DNA of 64,000 nucleotides from Monosiga brevicollis MX1 (taxonomy: Eukaryota), in the NCBI RefSeq assembly GCF_000002865.3, contig NW_001865042.1, positions 409,933 to 473,932 of the forward strand, in the 5' to 3' direction. Each line of letters opens with the position of its first letter. The stretch's first letter is position 1. The position numbers and the translations under genes were made by a program. The notes under the pieces were generated by a model. It was not told the origin of the DNA and did not search any database. It worked only from the letters and a program-made list of their open reading frames with translations. Below, piece after piece: positions 51,117 through 64,000 of the stretch.

Positions 51117-54100
51117 TCAATCCAGCTCGCCACCAAACGCTGCGGAGGTAGTGGCAACGTCATGCTTCACCGACTTGCATCCCATTGTCGGGGAAGACAA
51201 GTCGGAGGACCCCTCTGAACGGCGCTTTCGCGGACTAGCCACCTGCTCAAAAGTGCCCGGCGCCTGCAAAACAACGCCTGGCAGATTCTTTGCTTCAAGT
51301 TCCTTCCCTTCGTTATCAGACTTTTGCGCAAGGCTGCATCGAAGTTCCGCCAACGTGCTCTCCAGACCCGCCGTGCAACGCCTCGGCACACACTGGTTTT
51401 CAAAAGCCTGCAGAAATTCACCCATGGCTGAACTTGCCACAGATGACAGCGCAACTTCACAGCACAAGGGCCGTAGCTGGTCAAGAGCCTGGGCCAGTTG
51501 GCGGTCATCCGCCTAAAAAAAGGGAAGCAACAATGTTAACATTTCGACTCTTCCAAAGATGTACCTGCTCAACCTCCGTGCAGTCATAGGAACTCACTTC
51601 ATTGAAGAAAGAGGTACATTGTGATAGCACCACCTGCCAATCAACGCTCTTGCCTGCAGTCCTTGAATCCCCCGAGTTACGCACTTTCATCCACTCCACC
51701 AGATAATGACAGCAAAGATCCGTCACTAAGCCTGGCAAGGGCTGCGGTGTTGCAATGGATAGAAACAATATGTGAGCGCAAGGAAAAAAAAAAAAAAAAA
51801 AAACCTCGTTGTTCGATAATAAAACAAGTGATACGTGTGAATGCAGACCTGCTGCCGGCGACAGCACAAACCTCTGTTTCCGCAGGCACAATCTGGTCGC
51901 TGAGTCCAGCAATAAATTTGAGTCGCATCAAAAATTGCGTGCCTATCTCGGGACGAAAGCAGACCCGCCCCCCCCCCCCCCAAAAAAAAAAAAAAACATA
52001 CATGAGAACTTATCTAAGCGCCTGCCACTTCCAAAAAAGGCTCATTGTTCGTACCAAGCAAAAGATTGTCCTGATCAGACGAATCGTCATCACGAGCCAG
52101 GCCCAAGGCGACAGCCACATCAAGAAGGTCCAATAGCGCCGAGAAACTTTTCTGTGGAAGATTCCACACGTCAATAAGCTGTGATGCTCGGGGGGCTCAT
52201 GCTTCGTCAGGTGAAAGAAAGCCGGTCTTGGAGCAAACTTACCGAATTTGCCAGGGTGGCCATGCCTTGCATCGAAAGCCAAGCCCGGGGTGATAACCTG
52301 TCTAACAGATCACAGGTGTCAAAAAGATGCTCCGCTGCTGACTCCCAGAGGTTCAGCGCCGCCTGCATAACTTGAACGCCAACATGTAGAAGCTCATGAG
52401 AATTGGATTGTCCTTGGAAGGTTGCCAAACAAGTTTGGCAAAACCGTCGAAGTGGCACGGCAGCCGTGCTTGCTGAGGCCAACATTGTTGCGATCGAGGT
52501 CGCGCGCTCAGCTTTGAGGTCGTCAGTGCGGGAAAGCACCTCCAAAATCGTGTGCAACCAGTTGAGACCCCAAAGGGTGCATCGCTTCGGTGAAAGAAGA
52601 AGCTCCCAGAGAGCTGGTAGGTCAACCTTCAGATTCGGTTGCTTGGGCAACGGAGCGATCATATCGAGGAGCGCTGTATGCAAACATGCTCGGGCGCGTG
52701 GTGCATCGGCCATGTGCACCAGCGCAGCAAGTAAGTTTTCTGTCTGCGGGCCTTGCACAACATTCAAGGCCGGTCGCCATAAAGCGACCAATGCGTCGTC
52801 CGAGAGCAACTCCAATTGTTGATGAGTCCGACGCAGCAAATCCAACACCAGGGATGCGCTGACACCACAATCAAACGGACTTCCAGCAACATGCTCCAAG
52901 AACCAAGCAGCAATGCGATGACTGCCCCAGGGCGTCATGTCAACGAACTGCGTATCGGAGACAAGAGTAACCACAAGGCTCAGGTAGGCTGGTAGCTGAG
53001 TCTTCAGAACGGCGCGTCGAGTCCGAGTCACGGTCAAGAAGGGGTTACAAAGACAAGCCCAGTGCTGGGCAGGCAGGCACGCTTTGGCCACGGCACCTGA
53101 GTCTTGCATCTGAGCCATGCGCAGAAGACGATACAGCTGAAAGACACCGATGACAGCTGCTTCATCGATTGAAGCACCCTCTAGCGACTCAAAATCCGAC
53201 AACGTTTTGAAGGCAAGGTCAGCAATGCCTTGGACTGTGGAACCAGCCTGCCAAAGTAAGGACATGGTGCCCTGCAAGAGGTGGGCCAGAAGCCGTATGG
53301 ACTTTAGCTTGGTTGTCGCGGATCGAGCCTTTGATGGCGATAGCGCCTCAACAAGCGCACGCACTATCCGTGTGTGCACGTCAGCCACAAGCTCGCGTTG
53401 TGCGGCGGAGAGGGTAGCAGCCACGGCTTTGATCTCAGCACACAACGAGTTGTTTGACCAATCCTCTCCAACAGCAGCCTCAAGGCGTTCAAGCACTTGA
53501 TCAAGGGCCGGAACACGGACGAATGCCTGCAAAAGCCGCGCAGCTGCAGCCTGGGTTTCGTAATCCGCATGCCAAATCAGTTGCCAGAAGCGCTGCACAA
53601 TATCCAAGGGTAGGAAAGGTGCATTTCCAGGCATTGTCGCAATCACAGAGGTTGACCCAGCGGGAGAAAATAAATCTTGTGAGCGATAACCAAACCAAAT
53701 TTTTCGTCCGCTGTGCCAAAAGAGACAAGCGAGAGCAGGAAGCGATGCAAACTTGACAAGTATGCAGCAACCTACCTTGTCTTGCATCAAAGGGTAAAGC
53801 TGTTGTTGAGGTGCTGGTTCACGGGCGAGCAGGGCAAGACAAAATAACGCCCGCTGTGGATCGAGCTTAGCGCAGCCAGCAAGGCCAAACGCGTAGCTGC
53901 GAAGCTCTTCCAAAGCTATGGGCAGCAGAGCTGCTGCATTGGGCCCGCAGAGCCAAGTTTGAACGAGCGTTGCAATGCCTTGCCAATGCACGGCGATGGA
54001 CAAAGCTGCGGCCAGATGCTGCCAGACTGAACGAACGCATAGGCCAGACGGGGTGAGTCAAGACATGCCATTGATGGGGCAGATCCTTGCCCACCCTGTT

Positions 54101-57100
54101 TTAACAAACCACAAGACATACCAGGTTGCATGATACTAGATTGCCGCTTGGCAATCAAGGCAAGTAGTTGCCGACAGCGCTCGAGGTGCTCGTCGTAACC
54201 GGAATTTGAAAGGCTGGTCCTGCCGAGTTCAAACAATTGCTCGCGTAAAAACACAACAGAGTCAACGCCTAATTTCTCTTGCTTATCATGGGCAGGGGCA
54301 GGACTGCTTGGGTCAGGAGTAGCTAGTTTTTGACCCACAACCAAAGCCAGGACAATGTCAGCCTGTTGTGTGACCGAAGATGGACCCAAGGCAAGTCCAT
54401 CTTGGTCAGTCTGGCACGCATCTTTCGTGCCACAAGAAGCCAAGCTCGAATGGACCAAATCCAAGACTGCAGGTAAAGCGATTTGGTGCGGCCGATTGAC
54501 GAGCTTCAAGCTATTATGAAGGCAGATTGCATCGGCAACCACGCCAGACGCCATCAGTGACTGAGCCAAACGAGGTGCCCGTGCGGCAGCAAAGGCCAGG
54601 GGCCAAAGACATGCATCCAAACGACCATTTACACAGACTTGATCGCGCCCAACTCGATTGACACAAAGCTGCGCGACTTCGAGGGCAAGGTCCGACCGAG
54701 CCGGTAACTGGAGAGCAAGTGTACGCTCTGGGCTATCACATGTATTCATGGGCGTAACAGGATGTACACGTTGAGACTTGGCGCAATCGTCATGTAGCAT
54801 GTCAGCTTGCATAGCCAGAGCGTGGCCAATGGCTATGAGCAAGAGCTGGCGAGTTTTTGCGCTCTGGGGATGGAGGAACAAACGCTCAAGGCGGGCTGGT
54901 ACAGCGCAGAGCATTTTCAAAAGCTGCTCGCCAAGGACTGGGCCCCTGCAACCAGTCTGAAGGTGCTCTACCACGGCCCCCGCCAAACGCTCGTGCTGAG
55001 CCTGGTGGCTAGCATTCGCTGCTTTTGGTGACAACGGCGCATCAAGCAGCAGCTGCGCCCCCAAGTAAAGACACTGTAAATGTGCGGCTGGTGACGTGTT
55101 CTCCATCAGCTCAAGCAAGGTGGCACAGTGATCTGGATGCTGCAAGAGGTTTCCGAGCAGTAGCAAGCGGTTGGCTTGCAGACAACGGCTGACTGCAGAT
55201 TGCAACCCTTCCGACATGATCGAAAATGTCCGAGGAACAATGCTTTTGGGCTCAACACGCTCGTAGACGAGCAGGTAGGCTGAATAGGCTTTCATCTCGT
55301 TTGCGTTAAGGTACGAGGAGACTGACGCATCAGCATCAACTCGCTTGACCCCACCATAGCTTTGCTCCAAGAGAACGTCTGTGCTCACTGGCGTAACCTG
55401 ACGATCGTCAAGGCGCAGCCACTGGGAAGAATCGCGCTGCTGAGCAAACGCATAATAATGCCCAGACTGAGCTGAGCCAGAGTGTACCACCACTCCGGTG
55501 AGCCTATACAACTCGGCGGCTGAAATTGCTGCATCAGACATGTATGGTCGTAAGTCGAGGTCGAGAGGAAACTCACAGCGCTGGTGAATCTTGATTCGCT
55601 GCTGGCTTTCCATATCATATGCCATGCGCTTCAGGGAAATAATCACGCAGGCTGGTAATTGCCTGAGTCGAACCAATTTTTCTGCAGACACTCGCTCTTG
55701 ACAGTCTGCACAGTGATACTTGTTTTGGCCGTCTAGCAGCTCACCGCGCACAAATTCGGCCAAGGATTCTTGTAACGTCGGCTTGACGGCCACCTGCAAT
55801 GTAAAAAAAGATTGCTCGGTGGCGCTGACATGCCCACAATCCTAATGCAGGAGAGAACAGCCCAAGATACACCATCACGTCAGGCGATGAGCTGAGGATC
55901 TGCAATCTGGGCAGAAAGAATTCAAAACACAGCTCGAGCGCCGGAGATCCAAAGCCACTCACTCGCCCACGAATCTCTTGCCGCAATACACCACCAAACA
56001 GGTCTTGGACCAGATTTTTATCTGAACTCCTGTGTGCAACTGATTCCAGCCTGTCTAAGAACTAATGGTTCACACGACATTGTCAGTTCCACCTGAGATT
56101 TGTGCCGAAACAACGCCACGGCCTTGAAAGCGAGCTGTGACTGTTCCTTTGACCACCCTACTACCTCTCACTTGCCTTGACTCAGCAGGCAGACGAAGCC
56201 ACACACACGCGCGCACACACACACGCAGACACACACACACACACAAACCAATGCAATGCAATGCAATATGTTCCACGCCAGTTCAAAGACTCACCTGATT
56301 CATAAATTCATCCACATCAACTTGCTCGCGAGGATTGATGGGTTGACCGGCCATATCGGTATATGCTGCGCATAGTTCGTGCATTGGCACAAAACGCCCA
56401 ATGGAATACTTCAGCTCAACAAAGAGATCTTGCAGTTGAGGCAGCGGTGCAGAAAGTTGTGAATCCTGACTTTCAGGTGCGGCCTGGAAGGGAGAAAGCA
56501 AACGAACAAAGAGAAGCAGGAAGGCATCATTGTTTGGAAAAGAAAACCCGAAAGGAAAAAAAAAAAAAAAAAAAAAATTGAAAGAAAACACACGATTCAC
56601 AAAAGATGTGGAATCAAAGGGGTGAGGAAAGAGACTTACGCGGATGGCCAAAAGGCGAGCGCAAAAGGCTGGCATGAAAAACAGCTGTTGCAAAAAAGCA
56701 TTCATGTAGCATGTCGCACCCTAATCAAGCACGAGAATGATAAGAGAGCTGCGGCATGTTTGAAAAGCTTTCAAAAGTCAGCGCAACACTGAGTCGGACC
56801 GACAAAGAGTGCAGTTTGAAATGTTTGATCCGCTGAGAGAGCAGATTTCGATTCTCACCAAATTTTGAAGGCCGCAATAGCCAGCGGCAGCAATCAACTC
56901 AATGTCTGCCAAAGCGTTGGCAGCCTCGGGGTCGTGAAAATAGGGAGAGTGAAATTGGACCAAAGCAGCAACTGTTGTCTTTTGACCTGGTTCATCATGT
57001 GCTAAAAGAAGCCGCAAAAGCTTGCCGGCAGCCGCTCGAGAGTCGCGCATAACACACTGTTGATGGATCGGCGCATGCAATCAGGTTGAACACGTGTGAA

Positions 57101-59417
57101 ATTGAGAATGAAATCACTCGAGGATGTGCAGATAACGAACCAACAAAACGTGACAAACCTTTGGACACGTGGGCTCAGAGCGAGACACCTCGTCAGGCAG
57201 AGCGTAAAGAAACTGTGTGGTCAAGCACAATGCCAAATCATGGAATTCTATAAAGAGGAAGTATCAAGAGGAAGTGAGAAAAAAGGGAAGTCAGGCACTT
57301 TGAACGCAATCAGCGTCAGCAGATACTCTAAAACCGACCGGAGGTCATTGCGCACAAATCAAGTTTAGGTACGAGGGCGGCCAAAACCTCGAGGTGAAAC
57401 ACCAAACCAAAGTCGGTGGTGCTCACGCCGGGACATTCCTTGCTCTTCCATGTCAAAAGCGCTGCTTTCAGCATGCAAAACCAGCTCTGCAACAATGTCT
57501 GCATCGCTAATGGTTTCTCTGTGCTGGCCGTTGCAAATGTTGACTTGATGGCTGGTGTAGTTGTTGTGGATGTGTGTGGTGCTGCATCTGGCAAATGCTG
57601 TTTGAGCAAAGTGCGACAAACACCTTGGAGACGCAGCCAGCCAGGTGCATTGTCCAGCGGTGCCTCCCTCACTGCGCCAATAATCGCGCCGACAAGCAGA
57701 GCAATAGGCGCGCCTGTAGGTGCACGCGCTACGTCTGCACACTCTGGTCCGGGGGCAGTTGGAGATGAACCAAGTTGTTCGAGGATCTTGGCTGCGCTCT
57801 CGCCCAAGGGCAGATGCCCACGCCAGGCAACAAATGCAATCAGACGCGAACAATTTTCGTTGGTCACAAATTCTGCCCGCGCACGTGGAAAACAGCGTAG
57901 GAGCGCCTGAAGAGTTGGTAGCAAATGCACACACGACTCAGCCACAATCGGATGACCCTCCAAAACTCTGTTCAAAGCCTTGTTGACGCACTCAAGTACG
58001 GTAGCGCTGGACAGGCCTGGCTCCTGTGGTTCGCTGATCAGCATTGTACCCAAGCACTGGCAAAGAAGGGCGATGCACCGATCTACTTGATGAGGCTCTC
58101 CGGTGCTTGGCAGCGGATTTAAAAAGTGAGAAAGTGCTGCGACAGTTGCGGCGATGACACTTTCGTGACGCAAGCAAGGGCGCACATCAACACCAGTCGT
58201 TAGTTCTTGGTGCATCAGTCGGGCCAAGGTGGTGACTTGAAAAAGGCGACAATCGCCGAGGGCAGTCAGAAGCCTGTCCTTCGCCAACCATTCACCCAGC
58301 AACTCGGGACTGATGCGGACGTGCTCGAGCACGGTCGCGGCCAAGCTGGCCAATTTTTGCGGGTCTGCCAGGCTGTCTGTGCTGCCTCTTGTCAACTCAA
58401 ATAGGCATCGCAAGTGGCTTGGCTTATCCGCCAGCATGCATCTGGGCTGGATGTGCTGCAACGCCTGCACGGAGGCGTAACTCGAACGCGGCAACGCAGG
58501 GTCCGAGGGAAACGTGATAGAGACAGCGTCACGTAATCGGCGATTGGACCGCCGTGGCTTGACGATGAGGTCACAAGGGCCTAGTCCTGAAACGTGAAAC
58601 AAAAGTGGGTCTTCCAGAGACTGTAGCATGTCAGGAGAGGAGAGCGCAGTGCCTGTGGCTGTAGTTGGCACATAAGCATGAAGCCGGACCGGCAGCTGAC
58701 GGGAGTCAAAGGCCGAAGCTGGTGGGAGAAGTTGGGTCAAATGTGAGCTCTGATCAATAACATCCATGACGAGAGCCATGGAGGAGACGAAAATTGTTTC
58801 AACATTGACGTTGTTCTCCCACAGATTAAGTTGCAGCCAGCGTGGGGCGTGCGAGTGCAGCACAGAAGAGGAAAGCTTGACCATCATCTCGGCAAGCAAG
58901 CTCATCCACACAATAGCAGATGGCGTTCGGGAAGCCACGTTGGGAGCTGTCTGGGCTTCGGTGATGGCCCGGTCAATAAAATCCCTGCGAGCCTTGATTG
59001 CTCGTTCAGACGGCCAGGTATTACAAACAACGGTTGAAAGGAGGTCAGTCAGGACACTCGATCCATATTGAACAGTGTCCATCAGCTCGCCGTAGCCCCG
59101 GGGCGTGCATAATGTGAAAAGATCCATATGAGGACCTTTGAGCACAATTGATTGGTTCTCAATGCCCAGGTTGATAAAGAGCCGATGGAACAAAGGGGCC
59201 GCTTCTGGCCCAGCTAGCCCCATGTCACGTGCCAAGATTTGCAAAAGCTGCGCAGAAAAGTCACATCCGTAGAGGGTGTCACAACTCCAGGAACGAGCCG
59301 CCTGCTGATACAATGCGTTAAGCAAAAGACCCAGCCGACTCTGCGTCGGGAGAAGCATGTCCCAGACTCTAAGGAAGCAAAAGTCAGCAACACAGTGAGC
59401 AGGTCCACAAACACACA

Positions 59418-59468
<51 letters not shown>

Positions 59469-62400
59469 ACCAGGCATCCTCTTGACACACGCACGGGTGC
59501 CAAGGCTTTTCAAGATGTGCATCAAGTAGCATGACAACACCCACCCTTCCAGTTGCGGCCACGGCATTGGATATTGAAGATTATATGCGCGTAGCCAGAG
59601 CTGTATGATGCGCAGCAAGTCGGTTGACTCGGCCAGTGGCATCAGACCTATTAGCCCAGTTTGTACTTGCGCCTCGTGCAACAATTTTGCACCGGCATCT
59701 GGTACACGCAACGCGGCGTCGATGACACAGCCAAGCAAATTGAGGGCATGTGTCAACGACAGCTGGGGTTTGCAAAGGCTGACCAAGGCCAGCTGAGCGG
59801 CTTGCAGGATGGCTGGGCGTGAGAGGCTGCTCAAAAAGTCTTGAAGCAGGGCCAGGACGTCAGCAGCGCAAGGCAAGCTTTGAGCCTGGGTAGCGACATT
59901 GAGACAGTTCTCGAGGACGTGTGTGTTAGCGGCATCTGAGCGCATCAACGCTTGAGAGCAGATGATGAGCACCTTGCAATAAGCAAGGCATAAAGTCGGG
60001 GTCCTTGGCAAATCAGTCCCCCGTTTGCACATGTCCAAATGCAACTGAGATAAATGCTCCGCCGGGGCCATGTATAGGGCTGGCAAGCAAGCCAGGGCCC
60101 ATTGAGCCAGAGAGTCGTGTTTGCACAAGGCCACCTCCAACAGACGTTGCCACACATTGAGCGCAAGTCGGCCCTTGAGCGCTTGCAGCGATAAAAGTGG
60201 GCGCAAACGCTTTAAGAGTTCTTCGTGCAATTGATCGTGGACTAAATCCTCGAGGATATGCTCCCGTGCCAGCCACTCCGAGAGGCTATCGAGTTCATGA
60301 TCATTGAGCATAGGCTCTGCACAGTCACCTTGTTCCGGTTGTTGCTATAAGCGTCGGGTTAAGTCGCAGATCCGAAGCATGAGGACGATGCTGAAGAACT
60401 TAATGGCTAACATGGTGAGAGGATACCTGCGACGACCGTGCCCCCACTTACCGCGAGAGTTGGCGCAATCTCTCCCTACAGTGTCACGCAGGCAACCACG
60501 ATGAGCGCACATGAACAAAGAGATGGTTATGAAGAGAGAATCATGATTGCTCATCAGACACCGCCATCTTTCTGAGCACAACTACAAGCATGTGCTTTGG
60601 GTCTGTTGCGTACCGACAGGATGTTGAGAGCCAAGACCTGAGCTTGAAGGCTGGAGAGGCGCAAGCACTTGTTTAGAACAGCGTGCTTCTTGTCGCGCAC
60701 GAGGCTAGGCTCAAAAGCAGCAAGAGAGCTGATGGCACTTAAAAGCTTCAGAATCTGCTTCATTTCTGACACTGGGGCCACTTTGAGGCGATGACCTGGC
60801 AGCCTCAGCAGCCATCTGCCAATGTGAACAACGGACAATCGTGCGTTTCTATCAAAAACTTGTGGATCTTTGCTTCAAACTCGACGATATGATTGACTAT
60901 CCAGAGCAACTTACTCAAAAGACGCTTCTATCAGACGCCAAACGCTTGGCTGAAGCCTTGGATCAGAGCCAAAAAGCGCGACCTGAATGCCGACAATACG
61001 GGAAACCGGTTAAGGAAAACGGCCAGGCTGTACATTTGCAGCCCTTGATGTAAGCAGGTTTGTTTTCGCGCGAAGGAGTGCACCCACTTGTTGTGTGAAA
61101 GCCAACCACATGCGCAGCTGCTCAAACGAGCAGGCTGCATCGCAATTTTCTTCCAGTAAGATGCCGAATCGTTCGATAATGTTAGCTTGACACACGGCTT
61201 GAAGAAGATGCGCCAGAGACAGCTGATGGCAGCCCAGATGATCCTGATACAGCGGTGCGTGCAGGTTGCAGAGATCATGCATGGCTTGGTGCAGAGCAGG
61301 TGCCGTCAGACCAGCCGTTTTGGCATAAAAGTCGAGAATGCCTATTTTATAAATTGCGTGAGGCGCTGTGCAAAATCAAACAAGAAACGAGGCTGGGAAT
61401 GAGATACCTTGAAGGCAGTGTTGAGCGGCTTCAGCATGGGCTTTGTCTTGAACGTCACTATCCAACAACGGCATGGCGCATGAGAGACACAAGAAGCCCT
61501 CGTGTCAGCTGACATGCTCGAGGCGGCTCACTTTAAGTTCGCAAGGGTTTCTGTCAGGATGGGTATCTGTAGGCGGACTACAAGGCCTAGATGTTCGTGC
61601 GCATTGAGCTGGTCGTCGAGCTGCTTGGGGGTCATAAAAGTTGCGCCCAGCTCCAACAGCTCACGCGCCACCTGATGATGTAGATAGGTCAGATGTAGAG
61701 AAAGAGTGGTTGAGGAGAGCAATGGGCAAACCAGTCGGAGCGTGCCGTTGACGTCGGCAATTGAAGCAGCACAATATATAGCATCTATTTTGTCTTTTCG
61801 CCTGTGGCCTCCCAGTATCGCGACCTCTTGTGACGAAAGCCAAACGACAGGACACAAACCTCATCGAGGGCCGAGCAGATGTCCTGTACGCAACAGTTGC
61901 TGTCCGGGGCGCTGACTGTGTGTTGGTGGGTAGGTGGGCGCGCGCATGGCGGTGTGCCGATGAGCCGGTGTGTCGATATGTCAATGCGTCGCAGGACCCG
62001 CAAGCACGCAAAAGCAAAGCATTTGGGGACGAGCGATCAAGTCACGGAGACAAGCAACAGTCGACGTACCTGATAGCTTCGAAAGCTTGCTATGCCACCA
62101 GCCATAGTCATGATAGGTGCAGTGAGCAACGTCGATGTCGTCGGATACGTCCATGGTAGCTTGAGACAGAGGTCGGCTGGAGAAAACGACCTCGCTCGCG
62201 CGAAATGCCTACACCAGCAGAGCTTCACGTGGCCATTGCTGTAGGACACCACCATGGGAAAGAAGCCGAGGAAACGAGTAGATCGGTGTGCCGTGAGATT
62301 CGTGCCGCAGGCCTACCAAGAAGAAGAGGAGGANGAGGTGGTGGTGGTGGAGGAGGAGGAGGAGCAACAGGAGAAGGAGGCCCCTTTGAACCGGTTCAGT

Positions 62401-62577
62401 CGAGACACGTACCCAAATGGTTTGCCACTGGACCACCGGTCGAGCTCAGCACATGAAGTAACTGTCCACTGCAAAAGACAAGAGAGAATTGAGAGAGAAT
62501 TGGTGAGAGAGAGAAAGAAAAAAAAAGGCAAAACATGTAAACAACAAAGACACCAAGAAATAGTACAACTACCACAT
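51117..62577 (-). CDS. USP34: Large ubiquitin-specific protease (peptidase C19), USP34-like within the USP9/24/34 group, multi-exon
   Basis: Cys box GYCGLQNL|GATCYMNAFLQQLF, REQVDVDEF, His box YRLTGVVVHSGSAQSGHYYAF, LDDRQV, SAYLLVYER. Upstream LSEWL..HIL...LHEELLKR...GRL...LCKH resembles USP34. The start codon is uncertain. Confidence 0.8.
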
Positions 62578-62716
62578 GTAGTGTGAGAGAGAGAGAGAGA
62601 GAGAGACAGAACAGAGAGAGAGACAAGAGACTGAGAGACTGAGGGACTGACAGATGCTTCAGCCTAAGTCCAAGTGTGTAAGCGGGTACATTTTGGTCAG
62701 TGGTGCGGTCAAGAGC

Positions 62717-62806
62717 AAACAACGCAAACGCAAACGCAAACGCAAACGCAAACGCAAGGATGGCAGCTAACGGGCAACAGGTCGGTGTCGGTGTCGGTGT
62801 CGGTGT
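62717..62806. repeat. (AACGCA)n upstream and (GTCGGT)n downstream of TAT exon 1
   Basis: Read directly. Confidence 0.9.
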
Positions 62807-64000
62807 TTGAGGGCGGGGTTGGCATGTCTCGTCTGTGATGGGGATGGCGCTGTGGTTTGGAGAGCAAAGGCTGTCGAGCTTCAGGCTGGGTACTACAGCA
62901 CCCTTTCTAGCCTTGGTGAAAATGGCGCCAAAGGGGGCTAGAGGGGGTTTGATCGAGTGTGCACGTGTCAACGCCAACCTGCTCCTTGTCAGTGATCTAC
63001 AGCCTTGTGCGTGGCGCGCTCATGCCCACCCTGCCTTTGCGTACCAACACCGTGTGGATGGTCTCTGGTCACAATAAAACATTGCAGACAAAGTGGGCTT
63101 CGATCCCAGCCTGCGCAACGGCGCAACGCACGGTCAACCCTATCCGTGATTTGGTGGACACGATGGATCTGTCGGGCCATCCCGACAAGCCTATGATCCC
63201 CCTCTCCATTGGTCAGCAGCTTGATAATCGAGTGCAACTTTTTCTGCCGTTTTGGTCGCGTGCCGCCGTGTCTCAATAACGCCTGCCATGGGTGGCGCTT
63301 GGTTCTCATTGTCACATTCTTGGCTCCCCGCACAGGCGATCCAACTGTCTTTGGCAACCTAACAACTGCTGATGAGGTTCTGGAAGCTGTGGCCGCCAGC
63401 CTTCGCAGCCATAAACGCGATGGATACCCTCACTCGGCCGGTATGAAATTTGCCACTGGGATGCCAATGCCAGCGGGCTCGGCTTCGGCCTCGAGCTGCA
63501 ATATGTTCGTGTTTTGTAATTTATTTTTTTCCTTTGATTTTGCTAGGTTATCAGGATGCGCGTGCTGCTGTTGCCAAGGAGTACAGCAGTGAAGACCTCA
63601 CCTACACTGCCGAGGTCGGTTGCATTGGCCGGCCTGTTGAAAGTTTGGTACCACAAGTCATGCACGAATCCGAGTTGGCTGAAATGTAAAGAACATCTTG
63701 ATGTTTTATCTGCGCTTGTTAGGATGTCGTTCTTGCCAGTGGATGCTCAGGAGCCTTGGACATGGCACTGGGCGGTAAGGGCCCTCCTCCGTGCGTTATG
63801 AATACTGTAGCACCTTGGCACACTGATGCCGCGTGTGCCTCGGTGTTTGTGCTTGCTAGTCTTGTGCCGCCCTGGCTGCAACGTAGCCATTCCAGTCCCC
63901 GGCTTCTCCCTTTACCGCACCCTGGTGGAGGCGCGTGGCCACAACGTGCACACTTATCAACTGCGCGTACGCCGTCATGCTCGCCTTTGCTCATGAGCTT
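62760..64000 (+). CDS. TAT: Tyrosine aminotransferase (class I PLP aminotransferase), 5' part; continues beyond the window
   Basis: [80 protein letters not shown]. Confidence 0.9.

Noticed and set aside
62334..62334. Single N near the USP34-like 5' end
   Set aside because: An ambiguous base in a low-complexity GAG/GTG tract with no biological inference.

Overview
This is a compact, intron-dense eukaryotic window (short GT-AG introns, many CA/GA microsatellites, one 105-N assembly gap). Gene content and style suggest a unicellular holozoan, most likely a choanoflagellate such as Monosiga; that is an inference. Sixteen protein-coding genes can be supported by manual exon reading: a secreted bacterial-type beta-helix (GH141-like) protein, NME6, RPB2, INTS7, an aldo-keto reductase, CFAP100, atlastin, NOL10, NEDD1, D-amino acid oxidase, a bHLH+PAS transcription factor, CFAP20DC-like, PIG-M, GPR137-like, USP34-like and the 5' part of tyrosine aminotransferase. 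The most interesting item is an intronless gene (38326-39264, minus) fusing a CACGTG-type bHLH to one sensor-like PAS domain; it sits in unusually long non-coding flanks with a TCACGTGA E-box upstream. Other notable items are an atlastin with an extra, possibly ubiquitin-like N-terminal module, a recurring ATCTG(A/T)CA motif in divergent promoters, RFX-like sites at flagellar genes, and an AKR with an altered cofactor motif. Exon boundaries were read by eye, and family calls rest on remembered motifs rather than database searches.
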